Shown: one piece after another, positions 9,436-19,616 of the stretch | Layout: each line of letters opens with the position of its first letter | Position numbering within the stretch: the stretch's first letter is position 1 | DNA from: Anaeromyxobacteraceae bacterium | GTDB taxonomy: Bacteria > Myxococcota > Myxococcia > Myxococcales > Anaeromyxobacteraceae | Direction of reading: 5' to 3' | Assembly: GCA_047602405.1 (NCBI GenBank) | Contig: JASGHJ010000002.1 | Coordinates: 3,328,001-3,392,000, forward strand | Length of the DNA stretch: 64,000 bases | Made by a program: the position numbers and the translations under genes | Notes under the pieces: generated by a model | The model's database searches: none | Told to the model about the DNA's origin: nothing | What the model saw: the letters and a program-made list of their open reading frames with translations, nothing else

Positions 9436-9993
9436 TCACCAGTCCACGGCCACGTTCACGACGTCGGCGTAGCTGCCGTTGGGCGGCGTCGGGTTGAAGA
9501 GCCCCGAGTCGAAGATCCGCCCGTACACGGTGAAGGACTGCGTCGCGCCGGAGGCGACGCCCACCTGGCCGCGGGCGCCCACCGAGACGAGGCAGCCGAC
9601 GCGGCCGGGGACGCAGGCGCTGCCCCAGATCGTGGAGTGCGCGGGGTCCTGGTAGAGCTGGTAGGCGAGGAGCTGGAAGGGATTCCCGCCCGCGAGCCGC
9701 ATGTTGCGGGTGCCGAGGATGCCGCCGGGCCCGACGATGGGGACGTGGTTCTGGCCTTCCGAGATCTTCAGGAGGTAGTCGGTGCCCTCGGAGCACCGCA
9801 CCTCGATGGTGCCCTCCGCGGTGACGGCCGTTCCGGAGAACGCGCCGAACCCGACATCGGAGGCCTTCACGTCGGTGCACGCGCCGACGACGGTGGCGGT
9901 GACGTTCATGGAGGTGTTGATGGAGCCTGCGGACGCCTGGCTCGCGAGCAGCACGAGGCCTGCGAGGGCGGCGAGCGACAGCTTCGACTTCAT
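9436..9993 (-). CDS. Spore coat protein U / Csu-type pilin
   Basis: Signal peptide; VTATVVGAC...FG...IEVRC...LAYQLYQD...TVYGRI...GSYADVVNV. Confidence 0.9.
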   Translation of the reverse strand: MKSKLSLAALAGLVLLASQASAGSINTSMNVTATVVGACTDVKASDVGFGAFSGTAVTAEGTIEVRCSEGTDYLLKISEGQNHVPIVGPGGILGTRNMRLAGGNPFQLLAYQLYQDPAHSTIWGSACVPGRVGCLVSVGARGQVGVASGATQSFTVYGRIFDSGLFNPTPPNGSYADVVNVAVDW

Positions 9994-10272
9994 GTGGGTG
10001 GGTCCTGTCTCGACCTGCGCAGGGGGACGCGGTCGCACGTAGCGTCACCCTGACCCCTGGTGAAAGACCACGCGCTCGCTTGGGGCGCGCCCTCCCGGTG
10101 GGGTGGCCCACCCGAGATTTGACGAGTGCACCCGGAGAGCGGTGGCGCGGATGTGCTAGCGAGCCGCGCTCGCAGGCGCGGAGCTCGGGCCGGCCGACCC
10201 GCACCACGGCCCGTGACAGGCCCCCCAGGGGCCCCTTCCTCTCTCCACGCACGATTCGATACCGTTCTCGCC

Positions 10273-11238
10273 ATGGCCCACTCCCGCGCCCTCGCGATCC
10301 TCGCGCTCGTCGCCCTCCCCGGACTGGCCCTCGGGGCCGACGGGTGGCGCGAGCTACGCACCGACCACTTCGTGCTCCTGACCGACGCCCCCGCGGGCGA
10401 GGCCCGCGAGACGCTCGACCGGCTCGAGGTGGTCCATGGCGCCGTCGAGGGCGCGCTCTTCTCCGGACCGCGCGCGAGCGCCCCGCTGCGCGTCGTCGCC
10501 TTCTCGAGCCGGCTCGACTTCGCCGAGCACGCCGGGGACGCGACGAGCGCCAGCGTGAGCGTCGGCGGCGAGCCGGCGATCCTCGTCCCCACCGGCGGCG
10601 ACGCGGCGGGGCTCCCGGCGCTCGTCGCGCGGCAGCTGCTGCGCGAGGCCTACCCGCGAGCGCCCATCTGGCTCGTCGACGGCCTCTCGGCCTGGGTGAA
10701 CACGCTGAACCCGACGGCCGCCTACCCGGGGGCGGGCCCCCGGGCCTCCGTCGATCCGGGCGGCCGGACCATGGCCGTCGGCGGGGTCCCGGCGTACGCG
10801 CTCGACCGCGTCCGGCCCTGGTTCGGCGGCCTCGCCCGCGTGCTCACGCGCCAGGAGCCGTTCCCGCGGACCTACGAGGAGCGCGGGCCCGACCTCGCCT
10901 GGGCGCTCGTGCACTACCTCCAGCAGCGCCACGCCAGCGCCTTCGTGGACTACCGGGCGCGGCTCGCCGCGGGGCGGGAGCCCGAGGCGGCCTGGCTCGA
11001 GGCCTTCCCGGCCTGGGATCCGAAGGACCGCGCCGCCATGAAGGCGCTCGACCGGGAGGTCGGCACCTACGTCACGCGCGGTGAGTTCGCCTACCGCAAG
11101 GTGCCGCTCGTCACGCCCTCCCTGGAGGTCCGCGAGCGCCCGCTCTCCGAGCACGAGGTGAAGGCGCTCCTGCGCGGGTTGCCGCTCGCCTGGAAGCCGC
11201 CCCGCTTCGGCACGCCCGAGCCCGGCGAGGGCTGCTGA
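10273..11238 (+). CDS. Secreted hypothetical protein (DUF1570-like)
   Basis: Signal peptide; WRELRTDHFVLLTD, PIWLVDGLS, AWALVHYL motifs. Confidence 0.65.
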   Translation: MAHSRALAILALVALPGLALGADGWRELRTDHFVLLTDAPAGEARETLDRLEVVHGAVEGALFSGPRASAPLRVVAFSSRLDFAEHAGDATSASVSVGGEPAILVPTGGDAAGLPALVARQLLREAYPRAPIWLVDGLSAWVNTLNPTAAYPGAGPRASVDPGGRTMAVGGVPAYALDRVRPWFGGLARVLTRQEPFPRTYEERGPDLAWALVHYLQQRHASAFVDYRARLAAGREPEAAWLEAFPAWDPKDRAAMKALDREVGTYVTRGEFAYRKVPLVTPSLEVRERPLSEHEVKALLRGLPLAWKPPRFGTPEPGEGC

Positions 11239-11388
11239 CGGTTCGCCGGCAGGCGCGCGGCGACCGGAACGCACGCCGAACTGGTCAGCGCGGCTCGACG
11301 GTCTGACCCCGGAACGACACCGCGGCCGGATCGTCCCGCACATGCCAGCCGCCAGCAGCTGCCCGTCGGGGCGGCGCCCCGATCCCCC

Positions 11389-11847
11389 TCACAGCCGCAG
11401 CGTCGCCACGAGCCGCCGCGGGTCCAGCAACAGATCCAGCCCGTCGTCGATCGAGAGCACGAGCACGTCCGCGGCGGTGGCGAGCGCGCCCGCCATGCCC
11501 TCCGCCCCCACCACCGCGATCCCGAGGTCGGCCGCGGCGAGCATCCCGGCGTCGTTCGCGCCGTTCCCCACCGCGACCACGCCCGCGCGCGTGGAGACGA
11601 AGCGGGCCTTGTCCCGCCCGGTCTTCACCTGGACGAGCTCGACCGGGAGCCCGGCGAGCGCGCGCGCCGCGAGCCCGTAGGTGTCGGCGGTGAGCACGGT
11701 CACCTCGAGCAGGCGGGAGAGCGACACGAGGCGCTTCTTCACCCCGGGGAGGACCCGGCCGCGCGCGGCGATGGTGCCGTTGAGATCGAGGGCGAGGTGC
11801 TCGAGCCTGAGCGACGTGCGGCCGGGCACCTTCACGGTGAGCGCCAT
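11389..11847 (-). CDS. HAD-family hydrolase (soluble P-type ATPase-like)
   Basis: LDLNGT, LTADTYG, VAVGNGANDAGML motifs. Confidence 0.85.
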   Translation of the reverse strand: MALTVKVPGRTSLRLEHLALDLNGTIAARGRVLPGVKKRLVSLSRLLEVTVLTADTYGLAARALAGLPVELVQVKTGRDKARFVSTRAGVVAVGNGANDAGMLAAADLGIAVVGAEGMAGALATAADVLVLSIDDGLDLLLDPRRLVATLRL

Positions 11848-11856
11848 CCGGCGAGG

Positions 11857-14429
11857 TTAGCGTTTCGCGAGCCGCCTGTGCAGGCGATCGAGCGCCGAGA
11901 CGAGGTCCGGCCGCTCCTCGAGCACCGGCCGCAGCGGGTCGTCGCCGAGCCGCTCCGCCCGCGCGAGCGCGTTCCGGATGGTGAACCTCGCGGGATCGAG
12001 CTTCCCGTTCACCTCGCTCCACTTCAGGGGGGTCGAGACCGGCGCACCCGGCCGGGGCCGCACCGTGTACGGCGCGGCGATGGTCTTGCCGTGCCCGTTC
12101 TGGAGGAAGTCCAGGTAGACCTTCCCGCCCCGCGCGCCGACCGCGCGGGCGGTCGTCGAGATGTCGCCGTGCTCCGCCTCGAGCGCGCGGGCGAGGAGCT
12201 CCGCGAGCGTGCGCGACTGCTCGTGGGTGAGCTGGCCTCCGAGCGGCACGAGCACGTGCAGGCCCTTCTGCCCGGTGGTCTTGCAGTAGGAGGGCAGGCC
12301 GAGCTCGTCACAGAGGGCGTGCGTCGCCTTCGCGAGCTTCACCACGTGCGCGAAGGGCGCCTCCTTCGGATCGAGGTCGACGATGCACCAGTCCGGGCGC
12401 TCGAGCGACCCCGTGCCGCCCGGGCGCGGGGCCCGGCTCGACCAGACGTGGATGGGGATGGTGCCGGTGTTCGCGATCCGAGGCGAGCCCATCCTCGTCG
12501 TCGACGAGGAAGTACTGGATGTCGCGGTCGGTGTCGCTCGCGTGGATGGTGACGGTCCGGATCCAGTCCGGCGCCCACTCCGGCGCGTCCTTCTGGAAGA
12601 AGCTCTTCCCCTCGATGCCGTCGGGGTAGCGGGTGAGGACGAGCGGCCGGTCCTTCAGGAACGGCAGCATGAACGGCGCGATGGCGCGGTGGTAGGCGAA
12701 GAGGTCCGCCTTCGTGATCCCCTCGCCGGGGAAGAAGACCTTGTCGCCGTTCGTGACCTGGACCCGGGGCTTCGAACCGACGACAGCCGACGGCTTCCCT
12801 TCACCGTTCGTACCGAGCGTAGCCCCGGGACGCGGAGCGTCCCCGGGGCGGAGACGAGGTACGTCCCGCACCGCCTCCTCCACCTTCTTGTCGTCCCGCA
12901 CGCGCACGAAGACGGGATGCCGGAGCAGCCCCTCGTCGGTCCACTCGCGGTAGCTCACCTCGACGACGAGCCCGGGGCTCGACCCAGGTGTTCCCCTTCC
13001 CCCTCGGCACCGGACCTCCGCACGGAGGCGTGGCCCGCGCGCGCGGCGCGAGCCGCGCGTGGATCGCGTCGAGGAGCTTCCCGTCGAAGCCGGTCCCGAC
13101 CGAGCCCGCGTACACGAGCCCGCTCCCGTCGAAGACCGCGAGGTGCAGGGCACCGAACCGCGCCCGCGCGCCCTTCGGCGCGGTGAAGCCGACCACCGCG
13201 AAGTCCCCCGCCTTCGTGGTCCGGACCTTGAGCCACGCGCCGGAGCGGCCGGCGCGGTAGGGCGCGTCGGCCTTCTTCGCCATGACGCCCTCGAGGCCCA
13301 TCGCCTGGACCCTCTCGAAGAGCGCGACGCCCGCCCCCGGCACGTGGTCGGCGTAGCGGAGCGCGCCGAGCTTCGGGAGGAGCTTCGCGAGCACCTCCTT
13401 CCGCGCGAGGAGCGGCAGGTGCCGGAGGTCGAGGTCGCCGACCGAGAGGAGGTCGAACGCGAAGAGCGTCGCCGGCCGCTCGAGCGCGGCGCGCGCGACG
13501 TCGTCGGCGCGGCCGGCCTGCGCGCGCCCCTGCAGCTTCTGGAAGCTCGGGCGGCCGTCCGGCTCGAGCACCACCACCTCGCCGTCGAGCCGCGCGTCCA
13601 CCGGCAGCGCCGCCACCGCGCGGGCGAGCTCCGGGTAGAGCGCGGTCGCGTCCTGGCCGCTGCGGTACGAGAGCGTCACCCGCGCGCCGCGCCGCTCCGC
13701 GGCCAGGCGGTAGCCGTCGTACTTGAGCTCGAAGAGCCAGCCCGGATCGTCGAAGGGCGCGTCGCGCGACTGCGCCAGCATGGGCTCGAGCGGGATCTGC
13801 CCCGCGAGCGGCCGCGCCCCGAGCCGGCGCGCCTCCCCGAGCACCTCGCCCGCGCGCGAGGCGCCCTGCGCGAGCTCCTCCACCGTGAGCCCGGAGAGCA
13901 CCGAGGCCTCCTGGAACGGGCGGTCCTTCCCGGCCCAGCCGTCGCCCCGGTGCTTCATGAGGAGCCACTGCTGCTTCCCGCCCTCCTGCTTCTTCGTGCG
14001 GACGAGCGTCCACTCCCCGCGCAGCTTGTAGCCCTCGAGCGTGAAGACGAGCTTCCCAACGCGCAGCCCCTCCTCCGGATCGGCGTCCACCGGGCGCCAG
14101 GTCCCCCGGTCCCAGAGGATGACCGCGCCGGCGCCGTAGTTGCCCGCCGGGATGAGCCCCTCGAAGCCCGCGTACTCGACCGGATGGTCCTCGACCTCGA
14201 CCGCCATGCGCTTCTCGGCGGGATCGGCCGACGGGCCCTTCGGCACCGCCCAGCTGCGCAGCGTCCCGCCGAGCTCGAGGCGGAAGTCCCAGTGCAGCCG
14301 CCGCGCGGCGTGCTTCTGGACGACGAACAGGCGCGCGCCGTCCTGGCCCGGCGCCGCGGCCGGGCCGAACGGCTCCGGCGTGCGGCCGGGGTCGCGCTTC
14401 TTGCGGTAGCGGTCGAGGCGGTCGGGCAT
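11857..14429 (-). CDS. ligD: NHEJ DNA ligase D (phosphoesterase-ligase-polymerase) with two +1 frameshifts, probably sequencing errors
   Basis: FVVQKHAARRLHWDFRLE, ELKYDGYR, EGVMAK, LRHPVF, RYPDGIEG, DLDP, KTTGQKGLHV across three frames; removing one base at about 12975 and 12480 restores one ORF. Confidence 0.93.
12804..12862 (-). repeat. REP-like palindromic repeat, copy 2, inside the ligD ligase-polymerase linker
   Basis: GTACCTCGTCTCCGCCCC-GGGGACGC/GCGTCCC-GGGGCTACGCTCGGTACGAACGG; same flanks as 4384-4434. Confidence 0.75.
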
Positions 14430-14451
14430 GCGCCTGCCTGTGAACCGAATC

Positions 14452-15649
14452 TAAACGACCGTTCGTGATTCGCGATCAGCGGCAAGGCCGCGGACCGCAG
14501 GGAGAAAGTTGAAAGGGAAGGTCAACCCATCGATCGTTGCGGTTGCGAGACCAGCAGCGAACTCGGAGGAGACCTTCCCGTGCACAACATACCGCGGCTC
14601 GATCGTGCCGTGCGACGCAGACTGATCCGCCGCGCCAAGAAGGCCAAGGACCCGCACACCGCCCTCCGCTTCCTCATGATCGCCAAGCTCGGACAGGGAC
14701 TCTCTCGACAGCAGGTCGCCCGCGACCTCGCCTGCGTCCCGTCCACCGTGGTGAAGGCGGCGCAGCGGTTCGCCGACGCTGGGGAGGAGGGCCTGCTCGA
14801 TCAGCGCGCCTTCAACGGCGTCCGCAAGGTGGACCTCCGGTTCAAGGAGGAGCTCGAGCGGGTTCTGCACTCGGTCCCGACCGAGTTCGGCTGGCAGCGC
14901 ACGACCTGGACCCGCGAGCTGCTCGGCTGCGAGCTGGAGCGGCGCCAGCTCCCGCGAGTGGCTCCGTGCACGATGGGCCGGGCGCTCTCCGCGATTGGGG
15001 CGCGGCTCAGGATGCCGAAGCCGACGGTCGCCTGCCCCTGGGAAACAGGTCGCAGGAAGCGCGTGCTGGCGAGGTTGCGTCGCGTCGCCAGGAACGCCAC
15101 GCCGGAGGAGCCGGTCTTCTACGAGGACGAGATGGACGTCCATCTCAACCCGAAGATCGGTCGCGACTGGATGCCGAGAGGGCTCCGGCGCTACGTGCTC
15201 ACGCCCGGCCAGAACAGGAAGCGGTTCGTCGCCGGTGCGCTCAACGCCACGACCCGCAGGATGACCTGGGTGGAGGCGCCGACCAAGGCGAGCGAGCTCT
15301 TCCACAAGCTCGTGTGGAAGCTCCTGGGCGAGTACCGCGCTGCGCGGCGCATCCACCTCATCCTCGACAACTACATCATCCACTCGAGCAAGAAGACAAA
15401 GCGCTTCCTCGCCCAGTTCGGCGACCGCGTCGTGCTGCACTTCCTGCCCCCGTACTGCCCCGACGACAACCGCATCGAGCGCGTGTGGCTCGACCTGCAC
15501 GCCAACGTGACGCGCAATCACCGCTGCAAGACGATCGAGGAACTGATGGTCCAAGTCATCGCCTTCCTGCGCGCCTACAACCAGCGGAAGAAGCTCAACC
15601 CTTCACTCAAGCTCGCGGCCGGTGTTTCCGGATCGCGATCGGTCGTTTA
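14452..15649 (+). mobile_element. IS630-family insertion sequence
   Basis: Ends TAAACGACCGTTCGTGATTCG and (reverse complement) TAAACGACCGATCGCGATCCG match 18/21; TA duplicated within a C-TA-G target; lower GC than flanks. Confidence 0.93.
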
Positions 15650-15650
15650 G
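14580..15650 (+). CDS. IS630-family DDE transposase
   Basis: N-terminal HTH; FYEDE, ILDNYIIH, LPPYCPDDNRIERVW; the TAG stop is formed by the target site. Confidence 0.93.
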   Translation: MHNIPRLDRAVRRRLIRRAKKAKDPHTALRFLMIAKLGQGLSRQQVARDLACVPSTVVKAAQRFADAGEEGLLDQRAFNGVRKVDLRFKEELERVLHSVPTEFGWQRTTWTRELLGCELERRQLPRVAPCTMGRALSAIGARLRMPKPTVACPWETGRRKRVLARLRRVARNATPEEPVFYEDEMDVHLNPKIGRDWMPRGLRRYVLTPGQNRKRFVAGALNATTRRMTWVEAPTKASELFHKLVWKLLGEYRAARRIHLILDNYIIHSSKKTKRFLAQFGDRVVLHFLPPYCPDDNRIERVWLDLHANVTRNHRCKTIEELMVQVIAFLRAYNQRKKLNPSLKLAAGVSGSRSVV

Positions 15651-15750
15651 GCCGGCGCCGGGCCCCGCGCAGGGCGTGTCGCTCCGAACCCGATATCGGA
15701 CGCCAGCGGAAAGGGCGCGCGCTTGCGCGCACCTCTATTATACTTCTCGC

Positions 15751-16705
15751 GTGGCCCCTCGCTCCGTCGCCACCGGCACCATCTCCTTCGGGCTCGTCTC
15801 GATCCCCGTGCGCCTCTACGCGGCGACGCAGCCCTCGGCGTCCATCTCCTTCAACCTGCTCCACGCGAAGGACGGCTCGCGCCTGAAGCAGCACTACACG
15901 TGCGCGAAGGACGGCGAGAAGGTCGAACGCGACGAGATGGTGAAGGGCTACGAGTTCGCGAAGGACCGCTACGTCACCTTCACGGGCGAGGAGCTGAAGG
16001 CGCTCGACGAGATCGCGTCCCAGACGATCGACATCGCCGAGTTCGTGCCCGCCTCCGAGGTCGACCCGGTCTACTTCGAGAAGGCCTACCACCTCGGCCC
16101 GGACAAGGGCGGCGGCAAGGCCTACAAGCTCCTCGCGCTCGCGCTCGAGAAGAGCGGCAAGGCCGCGATCGCGCGCTACGCCGCCCGCGGCAAGCAGTAC
16201 CTCACCCTCATCCGCGCCCGGGCCGGCCGGCTGCTCCTGCAGCAGCTCTACTACGCCGACGAGGTCCGCCCGCTCGACGAGGTCGAGGTCGACGACGCGC
16301 AGGTGAAGGACCAGGAGGTCCAGCTCGCGCTGCAGCTCATCGAGCAGACCGCGAACGCGCGCTTCGAGCCCGAGAAGTACGAGGACTCGGTGAAGCAGCG
16401 CGTCCTCGAGGCCATCGAGCGGAAGGTCCAGGGCCAGGAGATCCAGAATCTCGGCGCCGGTCGAGCCGCAGGCCCAGGTCATCGACCTCATGGAGGCCCT
16501 CAAGGCGAGCCTCGCCGCGCCCGGGGCCTCGACCGCGCCGGCCGCCGCCCACGCGGAGGCCGCGCCGCCCAGGTCGGGGCACGCCGCCCCCGCCGAGCCC
16601 GCCAACGAGGCCGCACCCCAGGCGGACACCGGCCGCCGGGCCGCGCGCCGCGCCCAGGCCGCGAGCCACGCGCCCGCGAAGAAGAAGACCACTTCCCGCA
16701 AGTAG
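15751..16705 (+). CDS. ku: NHEJ DNA end-binding protein Ku (+1 frameshift at about 16447, probable error)
   Basis: GTISFGLVSIPVRLY, VKGYEFAKDRYV, VIDLMEALKASL and a basic tail. Confidence 0.93.
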
Positions 16706-16711
16706 GCGAGC

Positions 16712-17554
16712 GTGCCATCTTCCGGCGGCGTGTGGGGCTACGGCACCGAAGACGTCGCGCGCATGCTCGAGCTCTCGCCGGGCCAGGTGCGCAAGCTCGC
16801 CTCGGCGGGGTTCGTGACCCCCGCGCGCGGGCCCAAGAACACCCTGCGCTTCTCCTTCCAGGACCTCGTGCTGCTCCGCGCCGCGGCCGGGCTCGTGCAC
16901 GCCCGGGTGCCGGTGCCACGCATCCGCCGCGCGATGTCGGCGCTGCGCGCACAGCTCCCCGAGGGACGCCCGCTCGCGGCCGTGCGCGTCGCCGCCGACG
17001 GCCGGAACGTCGTCGTGCAGGACGGCGGGTCCCGCTGGCAGCCCGCGACCGGCCAGGTGCTGCTCGACTTCGAGGTGAAGGACCTCGCGCGCAAGGTCGC
17101 GCCGATCGTGCGCGCCGCCGCGAAGGCGCGCGGCCCGGCGCCGCTCGACGCCGAGAGCTGGTACCGGTGGGGCTGCGATCTCGAGGACGGCGCCCCCAAG
17201 GAAGCCCGCGCCGCCTACCGCCGCGCGCTCGCCGCCGATCCCGACCACGCCGGAGCGCACCTCAACCTCGGGCGGCTCCTCCACGAGGACGGCGACCCCC
17301 GCGGCGCCGAGCTGCACTACCGCCTCGCCCTCGCCTCCCCCGAGCACGGCGCGCTCGCGCAGTTCAACCTCGGCGTCGCGCTCGAGGACCAGGGGCTGCA
17401 CGACGAGGCCCTGCTCGCCTACGCGCGCGCGCTCGAGGTGGACGCCGCGCTCGCCGACGCGCACTTCAACGCGAGCCGGCTCCTCGAGCGCATGGGCAAG
17501 CAGGCCGACGCGCTCCGCCACCTCGCGGCGTACCGGCGGCTGACGGTGCGGTAA
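16712..17554 (+). CDS. MerR-type HTH plus TPR-repeat protein
   Basis: YGTEDVARML...RFSFQDLVLLR followed by TPR motifs (AHLNLGRLL, AQFNLGVAL, AHFNASRL). Confidence 0.85.
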   Translation: MPSSGGVWGYGTEDVARMLELSPGQVRKLASAGFVTPARGPKNTLRFSFQDLVLLRAAAGLVHARVPVPRIRRAMSALRAQLPEGRPLAAVRVAADGRNVVVQDGGSRWQPATGQVLLDFEVKDLARKVAPIVRAAAKARGPAPLDAESWYRWGCDLEDGAPKEARAAYRRALAADPDHAGAHLNLGRLLHEDGDPRGAELHYRLALASPEHGALAQFNLGVALEDQGLHDEALLAYARALEVDAALADAHFNASRLLERMGKQADALRHLAAYRRLTVR

Positions 17555-17682
17555 CGGCTGCGGGGAGGCCGGCGGTCGACACCGTGCCGGCAGGTCACGA
17601 GGCCACGCCCTCCGGCGGGCCTGCAACCTGCCCACTTCACTCGGGGAGCGCGCCGGGCACGGGATTTGCTGATCGTGCGCGC

Positions 17683-18168
17683 ATGACCGGCTCGCGCTCC
17701 CGGGTCGCTCTCGTGCTCCTCCTGACGACGCAGGCCGGCTGCTTGCATCGGCTGTCGCGCCAGGTGAACGGCAAGGACACCGCCGAGCGGGCCGGGGAGC
17801 CCGACTCGTACTCGCTCGTCGGCGAGGTCAGGGACTTCGCCACGATGGCGGTCGTCCCCGGTGCGGTGGTGGAGGCCACCTCGGACGTGCCCGGCTACGT
17901 GCCCAAGGTCACGATGGACGGCCACGGCGGTTTCGTCGTCACGGTGGCCATGGTCCCCAGGCACAACACCGGCCAGGAGCAGCTCGTGAAGGGCCTGATC
18001 GTCGGTGACCCCTACCTCGGAGAGCGCCTCGTGCGCGAGGTCGGCCTGCGCGCACGGGCCGGGACCCGCTGCTCCCCGGTGCTCCGGCAGGCGCCCCGCG
18101 AGTTCCCCCGGAAGCCGTTCTTCCTCTGGCTCGAGGACTGCGCCGGCCAGGAATCGACACACCGTTGA
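17683..18168 (+). CDS. Hypothetical lipoprotein
   Basis: Hydrophobic N-terminus ending in QAGC (lipobox-like). Confidence 0.55.
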   Translation: MTGSRSRVALVLLLTTQAGCLHRLSRQVNGKDTAERAGEPDSYSLVGEVRDFATMAVVPGAVVEATSDVPGYVPKVTMDGHGGFVVTVAMVPRHNTGQEQLVKGLIVGDPYLGERLVREVGLRARAGTRCSPVLRQAPREFPRKPFFLWLEDCAGQESTHR

Positions 18169-18194
18169 CCGTCCTCGCGGTATGACCTCGCGCC

Positions 18195-18449
18195 ATGCCG
18201 CCGAAGGCCCCGCCCCTCTTCATCCGCATCCCGCCCGAGGAGCGCGTCCGCCTCGAGGAGCTGACCCGCGGCATCGAGACGCTCGACGGCGCCGTCGCGC
18301 GCCTCGGCGAGCCGGACACCCGCGCCCGCCTCGGCGGCCACGCGGAGCTCTGCTACGGGCGGCTCTCGGAGGTCGCCGAGATCCGCGTGAGCGGCTTCGG
18401 CGGCCAGGGCGTGCTGGTGTCGATCGTGCCGAGGGCCGCGAGGCGGTGA
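18195..18449 (+). CDS. Small hypothetical protein
   Basis: 84-aa ORF with typical codon bias, followed by a hairpin. Confidence 0.55.
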   Translation: MPPKAPPLFIRIPPEERVRLEELTRGIETLDGAVARLGEPDTRARLGGHAELCYGRLSEVAEIRVSGFGGQGVLVSIVPRAARR

Positions 18450-18547
18450 CTGAGCGGCCGCCGGGGCCCTGAGGCCCCGGGGCGCCGGCGAAACGTCCGC
18501 CGAATCAAGTTACTGTCCGTGAATGTTCACCGGCCCCATAAGCGCGA

Positions 18548-18579
18548 CGGGCAGGGCCGCGCGGACACGGCCCTGCCCG
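18548..18579. terminator. GC-rich hairpin between convergent genes
   Basis: CGGGCAGGGCCG-8 nt-CGGCCCTGCCCG perfect 12-bp stem; no clear U-tract. Confidence 0.5.
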
Positions 18580-18599
18580 AAGACACGTGAAGAACCGCC

Positions 18600-19589
18600 C
18601 TAGTACCCCTGCGGCGGCGGCCGGGGCGCGGTGCGCGGCGGCACGACCGAGGTGTTCCGCACGGCCTCGGCCGGCGTCGCGGTCTTCAGGACGTTCATGG
18701 CCGCGGCGATCATGCCGCCGACGTCGGAGAGGGTGGCGGGCAGGATCACCGTGTTGTTGGTCTTCGCGAGGTTGCCGAACTCCTTCACGTACTGCTCGGC
18801 GACGCGCAGCTGGACGGCCTCGATGCCGCCCTGCGAGGAGATCGACTCGGCCACCTTGCGCAGGCCCTCGGCGGTCGCGGTGGCGATCGCCATGATGGCC
18901 TGCGCCTGGCCGTCGGCCTCGTTGATCTGGCGCTGGCGGTGGGCCTCGGACTCCTTGATGACCTGCTGCTTCTTGCCCTCGGCGTTGTTGATGGCGGCGT
19001 CGCGCTCGCCCTCGGAGGTGAGGATGACGGCGCGCTTCTCCCGCTCGGCCCGCATCTGCTTCTCCATCGCGGCGAGCACGTCCTGGGGCGGGGTGATGTT
19101 CTTGATCTCGTAGCGCAGCACCTTCACGCCCCAGGGGTTCGTCGCCTTGTCGAGCTCGGCGACGACCTGGCTGTTGATGTGGGCGCGCTCCTCGAAGGTG
19201 CGGTCGAGCTCGATCTTGCCGATCTCGCTGCGCAGCGTGGTCTGCGCCAGCTGGGTGATGGCGTAGTAGTAGTCGCCGATGCCGTAGGACGCGCGCTGCG
19301 CGTCGAGCACCTTGAGGTAGAGCACCCCGTCGACCGCCACGGTCACGTTGTCGCGGGTGATGCAGGTCTGCTCGGGAATGTCGAGCGCCTGCTCCTTCAG
19401 CGTGTGCTTGTAGCGGATGGCGTCGATGAACGGCAGGAGGATGTGGAAGCCGGCGTCGAGGACGGCGTTGAACTTGCCGAGCCGCTCGACGACGTAGGCG
19501 TTCTGCTGCGGCACCACCACCGCCGTGCGGATGATGACGATGACCGCGAAGATCGCGAGAAGGATGACGACCGCGAGGCCGAATTCCAT
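18600..19589 (-). CDS. SPFH/stomatin-like (band 7) protein
   Basis: VVERLGKF, ITRDNVTVAVDG, MEKQMRAEREKRA. Confidence 0.93.
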   Translation of the reverse strand: MEFGLAVVILLAIFAVIVIIRTAVVVPQQNAYVVERLGKFNAVLDAGFHILLPFIDAIRYKHTLKEQALDIPEQTCITRDNVTVAVDGVLYLKVLDAQRASYGIGDYYYAITQLAQTTLRSEIGKIELDRTFEERAHINSQVVAELDKATNPWGVKVLRYEIKNITPPQDVLAAMEKQMRAEREKRAVILTSEGERDAAINNAEGKKQQVIKESEAHRQRQINEADGQAQAIMAIATATAEGLRKVAESISSQGGIEAVQLRVAEQYVKEFGNLAKTNNTVILPATLSDVGGMIAAAMNVLKTATPAEAVRNTSVVPPRTAPRPPPQGY

Positions 19590-19616
19590 GGGGTCACCTC
19601 GAACCGACGCTGAAGT

